Below are positions 1 to 13,705 of a DNA stretch of 64,000 bases, piece after piece; position 1 is the stretch's first letter; every line of letters begins with the position of its first letter. The translations under genes were made by a program, and so were the position numbers. Under the pieces are notes generated by a model that was not told the origin of the DNA, searched no databases, and saw only the letters and a list, made by a program, of their open reading frames with translations. Origin of the DNA: Podarcis filfolensis (lineage: Eukaryota); the NCBI GenBank assembly GCA_964270895.1, contig OZ185439.1; one strand, written 5' to 3'.

Positions 1-99
1 AAAATGAATATAGATAATAAAAAGGAATTAACGCCAAATAGAAATTTTTGAGAGTTTTGATATTTTGTATCTGACAAAGAGAAAGAATGATTCCCTGAT

Positions 100-1375
100 G
101 TTAGTATTTATTGATTTATCCCCTGCCTTTTTCTCTGACGGAACTCAAGGCAGCTTACAGATAAAAGTAAGAACTGCTAAAAACATAACAATCATTAAAA
201 AAAATGAAACATCAATAGAATTAAAACTATATACATATATAGAATCTGTTAAAATCATATCAATAATTACAACACAGCATCAGCTCTTTCATTAAAACAG
301 TCAGTTCACAAAAACATGTTGAAGCAAGGAACTCTTCACCTGCAGGCAGAAATACAACAAGGAGCGAGCCAATGTAGCTTCTCTAAGGAGTGAATTCCAA
401 ACTCTGGGAGCAGCCACTGAGAACGCTCCCTACCAAGCGCGCCTGTGAGGGTGGCAGAACTGAGAGAAGAGCCTCCTCTGAAGTTCTCATATGAGGGAAT
501 ACGGTCTTTCAGATAGCTTGGACCTAGGCCCTGTAGGGCAATAGGTTGTAACCAGCACTTTGAATTGTGCCTGGAAACAGACTGGTAGCCAGTGGAGCTG
601 TTATAGTAAGGGAGACATATGCTTCCTATAACCAACCCTGGGCCCCAATCTGGCTGCAGCTCTTTGAGCCAGTTGAAGTTTGCAAAGTGTAGTGTGTGTT
701 ACAGGCATCCAAATGGGATGTAACTAAGGAGTATATCACTGTGGCCAGTGATCAAGGGGTACAGTTGGCACACAATCTTTAACTGTGCAAATGCACTTCT
801 TGCCCCTACAGAGACCTGGGCATCCAGGCCCAGGGCTAAGTTCAAGAGCACACCGAAACTGCAAACCTGTGTCTTCAAGGAAGTGTTACCCCCATTCAGC
901 ACAGCCTGAATCCCTGTTCCCTGTTCCGCCTTCCAAATGACCACTACTGTCTTGTCTAGATTCAGTTTCAATTTGTTCACTGTCACCCAGTCCATTACTG
1001 ATGACAGGCACCATTTTAGAACCAAGACAGCTTTCTTGGATTTAGGTGGAAAGGAGAAATAGAGCTGTGGGTGTCATCAGCATACTAGTGACACCGAGCC
1101 CCCAAACTCTAGAAACCTCTCCCAGCAGTTTCATGTAAATGTTAAATAACAGTATAGAACCCTGAGGAACCCTGCAGGTCAACAGCCAAGACATCAAACA
1201 GAAGTCCCCCAGCATCACCTTCTGTGTTTGCTGCCCCTCCAGGAAGGGACCCGCTGTTAAAGAGTGCCTCCAAGTCCCATCCCAGCAAGGCAGATCTAAT
1301 CAGTCTCCTCCACTCAAACTGAGGTGCCACCACACACTCTAGAACCTTGCCCCAAAATGGGATAAAGCAGATTGG
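100..1375 (-). mobile_element. L2-type LINE, degraded 3' part
   Basis: ORFs 699-1025 (KLKLNLDKT..QV.S.GVLL..ARSAF.QL) and 336-635 (LQGLGP.YLKDR) resemble the L2 ORF2 C-terminus; L2-like 3' tail near 100-170. Confidence 0.75.
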
Positions 1376-2080
1376 AAAAGTTTTCTTTTTAAAAACAAAA
1401 AACAAAAGTCATATTATATTTAATGTTACATTTACACTGACAGTTTACCTTAAAATAAATGTTCTGTGCTCATCTAAAATACAAAACTAATTAGAGTTCC
1501 TATCAAATATATTTCTATTTTTAAAACTCTTTTATGTATATTCTGGAAAAAAACACCTTTCTTATCAGGACATTCATCCCTCCAGATTTTCCTCAAATGT
1601 CTTATTATCTAACAGTGATATCCAATGCAGTGCTCACACAAGAGGGCTTCTCCTTTCTCTCTTCCCCCTGCAACCTCTTATAAACCTCCAATCTGTTTCA
1701 GAGGATTGAGACACTCTCCAGAGCAAATACTGGGGGCACACAGAGGCAGTAGGGGGAGAAAAGAAATCAGAAATCCTATTCTGCAAGCAGATGAATATAT
1801 TGGATGTTGTCCTAAAGTTATGCTTGTTAGAGCTTTTGTCTCTAAGTGCCTTGTTGAATTGTCTCTCCATCACCTGAGAGAAAATACATTTAACAAAGCT
1901 CAAAAGAAAATTGCAATCATAACTTAGGATGGCAACTGCATAGTAACACTAGCCATGTAACATATCAACCCAGCTTAAATTTATTTTATCTAGCATTCAT
2001 TTTTCACAGGACAAAAACAATCTGCAACTTTAGAACTGAGCTAAAAGACCAAATGTTCAATACCTTCAGCATGACTGAGT

Positions 2081-2424
2081 AAAGATAAAGGTAAAGGGAC
2101 CCCTGACCGTTAGGTGCAGTTGCGGATGACTCTGGGGTTACAGCGCTCATCTTGCTTTACTGGCCGAGGGAGCTGGCGTACAGCTTCCGGGTCATGTGGC
2201 CAGGATGACTAACCCACTTCTGGCAAACCAGAGCAGCGCATGGAAACGCCGTTTACCTTCCCACCAGAGCGGTACCTATTTATCTACTTGCACAAGCTTT
2301 CGAACTGCTACGTTGGCAGGAGCAAGGACCGAGCAACGGGAGCTCACCCCATCGCGGGGATTCGAGCCGCTGCCCTTCTGATCGGCAAGCCCTAGGCTTT
2401 GCGGTTTACACCACAGCGCCACCC
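2081..2424 (-). mobile_element. Sauria SINE (Squam1), near full length
   Basis: Plus strand reads AAAGGTAAAGGGACCCCTGACC...GGTACCTATTTATCTACTTGCAC...CACAGCGCCACC, the reverse complement of the recalled consensus. Confidence 0.9.
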
Positions 2425-2494
2425 ACAGGGACACAGCAAATTCATATCCATCTTCCTGAAAACAGATTAATATTCACTGCATAAGGACATAAAT

Positions 2495-2770
2495 CAGGGG
2501 TCTCCAAACTTTATGAGCCCCAGGACCATTTCACAGAAGAACAGGCAGTGCCCAGGACCCTCCAAAAACAGGCCAAACACACCTACATGGTCACAGAGAC
2601 ACACACACACCAAAACAAACAAAATGCAGGCCAAAGAAAAAGCAGGCAACTTTCCCCCAAACAAAACAATTATCAGTTTTTTAAAAATTAAATATTAGGC
2701 AGGGCAGCGGGTCTTGGCAGGCACCAAGGAGGTGTCTGAGGGCACCACAGTCCCCACACTTTGGACCCTA
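2495..2770. mobile_element. hAT-like MITE remnant
   Basis: Starts CAGGGGTCTCCAAACT and ends near TTTGGACCCTAG; no TSD seen. Confidence 0.4.
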
Positions 2771-3768
2771 GGCTTAAGGATATGTACCCTACATGCATCA
2801 GCTCAAGCGCCTGCCTAATGCTGTAATAGCCATATATGGATTCAGAATGGAAACAAGAATGAATTAGGTAGAGAACTTGCAGTGAGGTGAGAAGTGCCAT
2901 AAGCATAGTGCTGTTCCTACACTTAAAATTAGGGTCACTAACATCTGCTTTCCAAGCAGTCCACATTCTGATCTGCCTAGATTACAAAATACTTTCTTCT
3001 CCCCGCTTTAATAATGATACAAAAAAGGACAGTGGTGGTGTGTACAGTGTGCACTTCCAAAAACAGCAAGGCACTTGTCGCTCCTCTAGACATTGGACTC
3101 CGCAAGTAACTGCAGTATCTCCTGAGTTTACTGACAAAGGTGCATAGCTTATTTAAAGATTAGTAGAAAAGCTTGTGAATGTAGTACACAGTCCACTATG
3201 CCAAGAAAAGAAGGTGCAAAGCTAATAATATTGTAATTGTGGATTAATGTGTGCAGAGAATGAAACAGCTGCCATCAGACTGAACTCTACCCACATGCTA
3301 GATACTTATACAAGAACCACAACCAAGCAATGAAGTCAGATTCTGGCAGATATAGCTTTCTGTTGTTCTTATGGCACAACTTCATTGCAGTGAAGCAACA
3401 GATCTCCACAGAGTGCACATAGGAAAAATGACTCTATATTGCAATCACAGACAAAGTGACATGCTAGGTAGCTCCTATAGACTGAACCTCACAGTTGGCA
3501 ATCACTGAAGGAATTGAGTACCATTTGCCTTCACATACAACATAGAATTTAAGCACCCCTTGACAATACAGATTCCTCTAAATAGGAAATGAGTAAAAGA
3601 AAAAGACCTCCACTGCCCAATTTTCTTTTTCTTTTTCCTTTGTTTGATGTCCTTTTACTTTAAGGAAGCAAATGTAGGTTCCTTTACCCATTACTATTTT
3701 GCCAAACTAAAGCCAGATAAAAACCCAAATCCTTTTTTTAAAACGACTGAGCATATTTGCATTGTTAC

Positions 3769-3848
3769 CTTCACTTTCTCTCGTCTCAAACAGCAGAAAA
3801 GACAATTTTCATCAAAAGACCAATCAGAGACACCTTCAGGCTCAAAGT
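3769..3848 (-). CDS. LCOR: LCOR coding exon 3 (D)FEPEGVSDWSFDENCLFCCLRREKVK
   Basis: 80 nt, cttcacag/AC ... AAG/gtaaca, phase 1 to 0, in frame with exon 2; matches the LCOR/LCORL N-terminus. Confidence 0.92.
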
Positions 3849-4258
3849 CTGTGAAGAAGAAGAAGCCGTTACTTCATATCTATAAAGACCACAACTTGCT
3901 TATGGCTAAAGCTCATTCCCAATTCACTACATGATTTAGAAGACACTTGGTGAAATTCAGAAAACACAAATTTGAATTTTGTCATGCTTTTAATTCCACA
4001 ATGTTACAAAAGTATAATATTTGCCTACACACAAAGCTGATTTTCCTAAGCAACACCAAAACCACTGCCAGTTATACAGAGATGAAGGCATGCTCATTAG
4101 TAATTTTAGCCAATATGAAACTAACTGTGAGCATTGCCTGGGGGGAGGGAAAAAGCACAAATCACCAAGGTAACATACATTTTCTAGAGGCAGAGCAGAG
4201 GTTGATTTTGTCATTAGAAATGCAGATCAAGGCAAAAAAAGGGGGGGAGATGTAATAC

Positions 4259-4324
4259 CTTTAAACAAACTCAGATCTTTTAATAATTCAGGTCCAAACA
4301 GCCCTTCTAGAATACTTTCAAATC
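4259..4324 (-). CDS. LCOR: LCOR coding exon 2 (G)FESILEGLFGPELLKDLSLFK
   Basis: 66 nt, gcttttag/GA ... AAAG/gtatta, phase 1 to 1; near identical to the LCORL motif GFESILEGLYGP. Confidence 0.92.
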
Positions 4325-6296
4325 CTAAAAGCAAAGAAAGAATAGTTAGCTTTCTCTATAATATATGTTACTGTCAGAATATTGAAAATGGTTCTTTATT
4401 CATCTGTTCCTTGGATGCTTTTATGCAATGAACTCAAGGCCTCCTGGTCAATCATGACAAATAAATTGGGGGAGGAGAAATGAGCCTTTATGTATATTAT
4501 CTTTAAGAGTTACACTAAATAACTATATTAATAATTAAGAAATATATGGTAGAAAAAATGGAAATGTTTGTGTATCAATGTAATTAATTTTTCCACAAAA
4601 ATCTACCACTCTTTTAAGGTTATAAAAAATATGTATTTTTGCCTCATCTTATAGATCACATTTTAAAGCAAAGATTTTGAACTTCAAGCCTTAGTATTTC
4701 TTAGAAAAAGGAAAGCCACTAAGGTGCAAAGGAAACAGCAAAATACAGTGTGCATGCATTGTGTATGAGCTTGTTTATTACAGAGAAGATTTTCTATGCC
4801 TTTTTAAAGAGTGCAGTGTGTTTGTGTTCTAAAAGATTCTACCACCACCACCCAATTATTGCCACTATTTGTAAATGTAAATTCAGTGTTAATCTAAATC
4901 ATGGCTTGCAGCTAAAGAGATAGCCAAACTAGCTACCCGTTACCCATACCATAAGGAAAGGGGCACATTCTAGAAAATATACCAGGGACATTTTAGGAGA
5001 CATTTGTTAATTCTGCCAGAGTTTACTCTGAAAAATAAGACACATTTTTTGGGATTTTATAGTATAATCTCCACATATACTTAACAGTATTGTACTTGTA
5101 TAATTTCTACTTTTACTACAATATTTGAAGTCAAGAAAGAAAATGAATTTTTTTCAAGAAAGCCTTGAAAAAAAGCAATGCAACAGCTATTTTTGGAGCC
5201 ACAATAGAGTGCAATACAGGGCAATTTTGCTTTAGAGATGCATGACTCTCTCTCTCTCCAACAAGCTTCACAACCCAGTGGTTGTACTTTCATTTATAAA
5301 GTATACACAAGAACCATATTGCAAATTTGGATGTGTTACAGACATTAGCTATCAGATGTAAAACTTAAAACACACTTCTATCATTTAACGTTAGTAAGAG
5401 GTTGAAATTGCTACTGTGGATTGAAACTGCTAACAGAAGCATCTCTTGATCAATGTTGATCAGCTACAAACACAGAAGAGACAAAAATACAGAGAAAAGA
5501 AGGGGGAAGTATAATAAATATACATGTGTGTAATGCAATGAGCACACAATAAGCCAATGGATGCAGCTGGACATCATTATCTTACAGTTACTCTGCTAAC
5601 TTTTAAAAGTTACAAAGCAAAACTGACAGAAATATAAGTCACAGTCAAGTCTGGGGAAACATCATTACTAAGAAAAAGTTAAAAATTCTAAAAGATTATC
5701 TGTATATTATGCACATGTTTGCAACAGAGAACCGTTTGCTTTATTATTATAAAAAATAAAAGCTAGAGAAGAATCTGTGAAATGCAGAAACGGCATGCAG
5801 AGAAACATCCCTTCCTGCAAATGGCAATTATTTATTTTTAAAGAAAAAAGTGTTGGGGCACTCTTGCACATATGCATGTAACATGTAGATGTTATATAAA
5901 TATTTGTATTTGCTTTACAACAACAATAACTCAATAATGTATTTTGCTGGTATATTTTGTTTAACTCTTTCCACAAGAGAATGGCTGTGTCTGCATATAA
6001 CACTAAACCATGGTTTGTTTCAACCATGCTTTGTTCAACAAACTATCTTTCTATTTTTCTATCTTTCTATCTGTTTGCATTTATATATGAACTGTTTCAC
6101 ACATAACCAAACAAGTCATGGCCTGTTTCTCCACCTGCTCTTGCCTCATGCCTTTTTAACTTGGTGAGTGAGGTGGGGTGGCAAAACAAAGCATTGTTAA
6201 GTGAGGCTATAGAGTATGGACGTAATATCAAAGCATAGCCAGGAAAGAAACCATGTTTAGTCTCTTGGGTTGGGTCTGCAAGTTCAGCAAACCATA

Positions 6297-6658
6297 AAGG
6301 TAAAGGACCCCTGACAGTTAAGTACAGTCGTGAATGACTCTGGGGTTGCGGCGCTCATCTCGCTTTACTGGCCAAGGGAGCCGACGCTTGTCCGCAGACA
6401 GTTTTTCCAGGTCATGTGGCCAGCATGACTAAGCCACTTCTGGCAAAACCAGAGCAATGCATGGAAATGCCATTTACCTTCCCGTCAAAACGGTACCTAT
6501 TTATCTACTTGCACTTTGACGTGCTTTTGAACTGCTAGGTTGGCAGGAGCTGGGACCAAACAATGAGCGTTCACCCCATCGCGGGGATTTGAACTGCCGA
6601 CCTTCCAATCAGCAAGCCCTAGGCTCAGTGGTTTAGACCACAGCGCCATCCGTGTCAA
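6297..6658 (-). mobile_element. Sauria SINE, full length with TSD
   Basis: Same family as 2081-2424; 9-bp duplication CAAACCATA at 6288-6296 and 6659-6667. Confidence 0.92.
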
Positions 6659-9098
6659 CAAACCATACCTAGGCTAAACAAATCATGACTTTACATTATA
6701 TGCAAAGCAGGCCAAATATTATTAACTTCTACTTATACACGCATGTAATTTTGTTCCTGTTCATTATTCCATGGTGACATCCTATGTTACTCTAAATTAT
6801 AAAATACTTCCACTATTCAATAAAATCATTTTTGTTTATTTTCCTGCCTCAATGAATGGTTTTGTTAGCTTTGCCAATAGCCTGCTTTCCAAAGCTTGCA
6901 ATACCATTGTTCTAGCAAGATTTACTTATGTCTTCCAGTTTCTCACAATGATATACAACTTGCTGGTGAGATAAACAGTAACACTTCTTTGTATGGCATA
7001 GTTTTGTTCTGCCTTTCAAATCACATGGTAGTTTGGGCATACATCTATGCATTGCCCTAATATTTTTACACACAGAAAAAAATGCCAGAAATTGTTTTTC
7101 AAATTGCCAGAAATTGTTTTTTCCCATCACATGTGTTAGAACATTGCCACTTCTAGGCATCCTCTGTAACAGTGAGGGCTTGGCAAACTGTATATGTGGC
7201 ATATTTCTAATGGTGTTAAATATCATCTGTGATTTTGACTGCATTGTAATCTTTGTTGACACAGATTTAAAGGGTCTTTTAGTCCATAGATTCCTATTGT
7301 TCTCCTTGTAGTTGATCCCCCATGTCTTTTCTCCCTATAGCCACTATACCTTCTGTTGTGTCGTAGATTATTTTACTATTCTTCTATATATGAAACCATC
7401 CCTATATGCTTAGTAGTTGTTCATATGCTATTACAAGTCTGATTGCATCTGCTCTTACTTTAATGTCAGAGGTAAAACTAATTTGTAGTCAGCTACTTTA
7501 TATTTTACAATTGTTATTTAAATGGCTATCCTGGTTTTTTGTTTGTTCAGGTATATTAGTCTCCTAACCTGTATAGGTCCTTAACCTCTCTATCTTCATA
7601 TTGCTGATTCTTTTCCTGATAGAATAGCAGGCAATATAAAAATGGGATAAGCTGAAATATACCCAGGGATATTTTTTAAAACCATTCCCTTCCCCATAAT
7701 TGCAATGTTAACAGGGTAAATGGATAATGTATTCTGCTGATGTTATTTTATCCGTTATCTGAGATATCTATTGTTTTCCTACATCTCTTTCTGTACCATT
7801 GATATCAGAAGCTTTAGTTGGTATGCTGCATCAGACCATCCAAAATTAGATATTCCTATATCACTTTATGTTTGTTTTTCTTCTAAATCCATGCACTCCC
7901 CTCCCCTCAAAAATGTATACATGAAATCAGCAGCTTTTGCTAGGTTTTTAATTTCTCAAGAATATAAACTGGAAAAACTGGGTGGGGTAGACAAAAAGCT
8001 TGGATACAAAAGCATGTAATGTGTACTTAGTATCTAAATGTTACTACTTAAGATTACAGTCAGTTTAGTTCTGTGCAAGGCTGAATGCTTTAAAAAACAC
8101 ACCCAAACCTCTTACAATATCTGTAATAGTAATTACCAATGATTCATGTCCCATGGAGTTTGCTATGAATGCAACAGAAAATTCACAATGTCTGCCAAGT
8201 GGGTTACACAGCCTGGACAGTATAGAATCCTACCTTGTTCACTGTTCTCACCAATGGTAATGCCACTTGATTTTTATTAATATTAAATATTAGATTTAAC
8301 AGTTGCATAGCAACAGCAAAGAGCTTATATGTAATACTTGTCACCAAAAATGCCAAATAAGGCAAGAATGAATATATTCAAAAATTATTTTAAAGGACTT
8401 GGCATAATGCAGCAGCAAACAACATGCAGCAAGAAGCAACACAGAAATGAAGGGCTATGACCTGCCTGTTACTTTCAATCACTTAAGAGTCCAGAAAAAG
8501 CATGTGCATGTATCGGCAACAAATACCCTGAAAAGATCTTGGAAAATGAAATCCTGCCTAGTTTTTACTAGGATTTGTCTCAATCACTCTTAGGAGATAG
8601 GAGAGAACATTCCTTTCTCCAATGATATTTTCCTTCCTACCCTATTTGACAGATTATGTTTTCTCTATATTTCAAAGGAAAAGAATTAACATGGCTGTCT
8701 GTTAAATTCCTGTATTCATACCTTCATCATTCACATGCATGTTTGATCATTTACAGCTGCTGAAGAGAAGCAGTTGTACAACAGTGACAAGCATAAGAGC
8801 ACAGGAATTGTAAGAGACTCAGGATGTTTCAATTTTGATATTTTTCACAACATCTCACAACTGATTTTACGTAAGAAGACTTGGCAATAAGAGAAGGCCA
8901 TTTACAATGAAAAACAGGCTTGCTGGTGTTTTCATTCTACAAAAATGAGTAAGGGTACCTGGATTTTCTAAAAGTTTCCTCTACAAGAAATTAGCTATTA
9001 TTTACTATAGAAGGACGACTGATTGATTATTGTAAGAGTTGCTTGAAAGGAAACTGTATCTTGATGCATGCATATACACACATTTTCTTGCACTTTGG

Positions 9099-9100
<2 letters not shown>

Positions 9101-9153
<53 letters not shown>
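9101..9153. repeat. (ATA)n microsatellite
   Basis: About 17 perfect units next to an L2 tail. Confidence 0.97.
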
Positions 9154-9652
9154 TTATTATTTGTACCCAGCCACTCTGGGCGGCTTCCAAGAAAGACTAA
9201 AAATACATTAAAATGTCACAAATTAAAAACTTCCCTAAACAGGGCCGCCTTCAGATGTCTTCTAAATGTCAGGTAGTTGTTTATCTCTTTGACATCTGAT
9301 GGGAAGGTGTTCCACAGGGTGGGCGCCACTACTGAGAAGGTTCTCTGCCTGGTTCCCTGTAGCTTTGCTTCTCGCGGTGAGGGAACCGTCAGAAGGCCCT
9401 TGGCGCTGGACCTCAGTGTCCGGGCAGAACAATGGGGGTAGAGAAGCTCCTTCAGGTATACTGGGCCAAGGCCGTTTAGGGCTTTAAAGGTCAGCACCAA
9501 CACTTTGAATTGTGCTTAGAAACGTAATGGGAGCCAATGTAGGTCTTTCAGGACCGGTGTTATATGGTCTTGGAAGCCACTCCCAGTCACCAATCTAGCT
9601 GCCGCATTCTGGATTAGTTGTAGTTTCCGAGTCACCTTCAAAGGTAGCCCAT
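9154..9652 (-). mobile_element. L2 LINE 3' fragment, 5'-truncated
   Basis: ORFs LQLIQNAAARLVTG..HITPVLKDLHWLP and FKALNGLGPVYLKE..RTLRS..FSVVAPTLWN, typical of the L2 ORF2 end. Confidence 0.9.
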
Positions 9653-11129
9653 TAAGCAGCTCTTTTTTCAAACTAAATTGATCTTGGTTTTTGAAAAACA
9701 ACTTAAAACAATTTGCATAGTTAAATTGGTAATAAATAATTTTCACTGTGGGGTGTGGGGGTGCGCGCGCATATATGCACCTAGAATATGAAAACTGGCC
9801 ATTTCCCCGATTATCTAACCTTGTATTTTAGGCTAATGGTTTAATGACCTGTTCCCCTTCTTTGATAATTAAATCTTTTGGAAAATTTTGATGTACACAT
9901 GCACACACACATTGAATCATATAGGTTAAAACAAGCACAGTTCCTTTAGCTTTTCCTTGTGTAATGTGTTGCATTATCATCTTCAAAGCTCAACACAGTT
10001 CAGCACAGAATCTAGGCTGGCACTGATCTTTTGAGTCCCATTCATCACACTGAAAACTCATAAACCCTAAAATATCTCTTAATTGCTTTACTTAGCCAGT
10101 TATCTCTTTTTGCATACCCTGGCTTTACATAGCCATTTGTCTAGTCACCTGTAATGAGCAAACACTATAAAAAGAGGGAGATTGGGTACCTACACAAGTT
10201 CACAATGGAAATAGGATTACTTTGTGGCACAGAATAAAATGCTCTATTACAGCCCTTTAGAGACTAGACAGAAAGCCCTCCTAGAACCCCTTCTACTGCT
10301 CCTGGAGTGTTCCCTAGCCACTGAAGAGCAGAAACCAAGCAGCTTAGTCCTTTCCTTCCAAACTTCATACAAGAAGTCTCAAATGTCTGTCAAGAAACAC
10401 TGTTTTTGCCTGGATTTCACATGAAAGACTGCATGTGAGCCAGCCAGCCTTTCCAGAAAAGTGAGGATTGGAATGCTAGCCAAGCCAGGGAATATGAGCC
10501 TACGTTTGCTTCTCAGAACGTGTTGTGTCATAATGTGGTCTCAGTGATGTGGAGTAGATGGCAAAGGCAGCTGCAAGAAATTAATGGACTTATCACTGGT
10601 TCTTTCAAACTGTACAGAATACAGAACACCTTTAGGTACATGACTCAAACTAGTAATCTGCTATATTACTCTTACAAAGCTGCAGTAAGAGCTTTATGCT
10701 ACTATTCTTGCTTCTCACTTGCCTCAGATTACTCAGATTACTCTGTATCAAGTGGAATAAACTCACAAATTTTTGATACACTTACACACTCACATTCAAA
10801 GAACTAACATGCAAACGGGTAGAAAAGCTTCTTTCCTTTCATATATTTTCTGAACCCATGAAAATAAGAACACTGCTGCACCACATCAATTGTATTTCTA
10901 GGCTACCACAGTGTTTCCCAAGGTGGCCAACCAGGTGCCTGTGGGAAGGCCAAAACCAGGACATGAGAGCAAGTCCCATTGTCATTGTTATTTCTCAGCA
11001 ACTGGGATTCAAAGGCATGCCACCTTTGATCCTGGAAGTAATGTTTAGCCACCAGGACTAGTAGCAATTCGTACTAGTATGATGAGAGAGAAAATTTCCA
11101 CACCATGCATTACATTATGCACTTCTATC

Positions 11130-11420
11130 ATCCCCCACTAACTCACCTTTTTTCTAAACTAAACAGAACCTAACGTTCAAACTTGTCCTCATAGAGTTGT
11201 TCCAGCTCTATGGCTGCACCAGAGATTTGTACAGACACGTCGAGATCACAAGGGGTTTTAATTTTTGTCTCTTTCCTGCTGATCTCCAACACGGAATTTG
11301 CCTTTTTCACAGCTGCCGTACACTGGATGGTCCCAAAGCTCTCCATCACAACCCCAAGACCCTGTTTCTCATCATTTACTAGCAGCTCGGTCTCCATCAC
11401 TGCATATATATGAAGTTAGG
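11130..11420 (-). mobile_element. CR1 LINE ORF2 fragment
   Basis: Translation LGV......QC.AAVKKANSVL resembles the CR1 RT C-terminal region. Confidence 0.7.
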
Positions 11421-12108
11421 AAAAGGTGTGGTACTGAGTGGGTAGAGCGTATGTGAAGCATTCTCCACACAGGCCATGTGGTTCTTCCCCAGCACTTCAG
11501 GCAATTTAATACAATCCACCCAGTAACAACTCCACAGGCAGTCCAACGCACTCACCAAACCAAAGGCCAAGACTTCACTCATTAATAGATGGCGGCAGAG
11601 CGTCAGGGTGCATTGAGAGATACTATAGGCTTGCTAGGGGGATGAGGAGTCAGTCAATGTGGCAAGCTTTCCCTTCAGCAGATGGATTTATCTCCGGCTG
11701 ACCAAGCATACTCTTGTTAACTTTTAATCTAAAGGGAAATTGCAAAACATGTTCCAATGACTACTGCCCAACAAAGCATCTAGACAGGATATGTAGTCAA
11801 ACTCTAGTTATTCTCAATAAGAAACTATTACAAAGTTTGCGTTGTATGCTTCAAAAAGAGATTTACAGTATGTATAAAGTGGGATACCAGTCACAACTTC
11901 ATACAAATAAAGATGCTACACCTGAGAGACGTAAAACAACGAAGGTACAGAACACCTGCAGCTGGCGCCAACTCCCACTCTCCTTTGCTGCTTAGGAGCA
12001 GCAAGTACACTACAAGACATGTATGAGCAGGTGGGGCCTCAGTTTTTACTTCAGTATTAGCAAATAGGATACAAGGGAATCAACATTCTAATCCAGCACA
12101 CATAGGTA

Positions 12109-12276
12109 CCGTACTTTTCTGTGTATAAGACTAGGTTTTTTTTACTTTAAAATAAGGTTAAAAATCTGGGGGCGTCTTATAGACAGATAGTGCATGTGTC
12201 CATTTTCTAAATATGGGGTCTCCAAAAGTAGGAGGCATCTTATACATGGGGGCATCTTATAAATGGGAAAATACGG
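12109..12276. mobile_element. Tc1/mariner-type MITE
   Basis: TIRs CCGTACTTTTC / GAAAATACGG, TA on both sides, internal GTCTTATA repeats. Confidence 0.75.
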
Positions 12277-12327
12277 TAATTATCAAAACAACTGATTACA
12301 TGGGGCGAGACAGGGCCTTGCCAACAT

Positions 12328-12482
12328 AGTGTAGTGGACACAGGTTGGCTTTGGACCAAAGACATGGGTCCCACTGTCATAAAGCTCACTCGCAACCTAA
12401 CCTCATTTACAGTGTTGCTTGGAATAATTCCCCCATGTATGTCATCCTGAGTTCCTTGGAACAAAAGCAGAATACAAGTGTG
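12328..12482 (+). mobile_element. Squam3/MIR-like tRNA SINE, degraded
   Basis: GTGTAGTGG head, AAGCTCACT and CTAACCTC core, similar to 15347-15552. Confidence 0.45.
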
Positions 12483-13562
12483 ACTAAAGACAGTGCTTTG
12501 CAAGGGTGCCCACAGCCCCCGATACACACACAATCCTGACATGACAGTGGGCCTATCTTTTAAATCTAATAGTTTTACAATTGAAGTCTGACTGTTCTTG
12601 CAAATTTAGTATGTAGATATGTTGGCTCCTTTGGGTAAAGCAATTTTGTAACTTTTGGCTCTGTTCATCAAGAGATAAACTGCCTTTCTTACTTCCGTAG
12701 CGATTATTCAAAATGAAGAACTTCACACCAAAATGTTTATATGTAATGCATATATACATACATGTAGGAATGTGACCTTAGCAAGTGGTAAGATTTCATA
12801 TAAATGACTGTGTGAAAACAGGATAGATGTTTATCAGGAATTGTGTAAATTAACTCCATGAGTGTCTTTGAATTCTTCCAAGAGATTCGCATCAGCATCA
12901 CTTCCACCTTCACTAAGATCCTATTAATGACAAACATCTAATATAGACGCTGTATAGCCTCTAAGGATCATATCAACTTCTCACTTTAAGAACATCCTTC
13001 ACATACATTGCACATAAATCCTATGTACACAGCTACATGCGCCAAATGCACACACTTCAGTATATGCAACATAAGTTAATAATCATATATGATGAACATG
13101 TACACAGAGTTTTTTTATTTAAAAAAGAAGCATTAATGTTGCAAAGATATGCTTGGAAATGTGTGGGTGTTGCTTGTTGAAATGTCGGAAGCTAGAGGAA
13201 TTGCAGAATATGATTTCCAGTAGTTAAGAGAACAGCACTTCAGCACACTGTAAAGCTTTGTGCCTTCTCCATGACAAACAAAAATGTAAGTTATGCAGAA
13301 GAGTAAAAATTGCAGAATTATGCAAAGTACAGTAAGAGGAATCATGCATATCTGCTGAATATTCATAATTTATAGAAGTTGTAGAATTCAGCTTCCCTTA
13401 TTACAAGAAAGAGAGAATGAGAAAAGCGAAACACAGCCTCTTACTGAAAACATATTCAGTCTCTTCTAAAAATATATTATATAGCAAAGCATTCAAAGAG
13501 TTTCATCTTTATATACACACCTTGAATACAGATAATTTTTATAGACTCCCTGTAAAGTAAAA

Positions 13563-13705
13563 CAGCATTATTACCCCATGTTGTGGTTAGGGGCTAAGGC
13601 TGAGAGAATGTGACTTGCCTAAAGCCATCAAAATTCAAGATTTGAATAAAGGGCTTCCTGATTTGTAGCTCAGTCTCTGAGTCACTATACCACCCCAGCT
13701 CTCTG
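13563..13705 (-). mobile_element. Squam3/MIR-like SINE, degraded
   Basis: GGCTGAGAGAATGTGACTTGCC..CACTATACCAC on the plus strand. Confidence 0.5.

Noticed and set aside
9005-9276. Poly-Tyr/Asn ORFs (also poly-Leu/Asn near 29970 and poly-His near 59980)
   Set aside because: Translations of microsatellites
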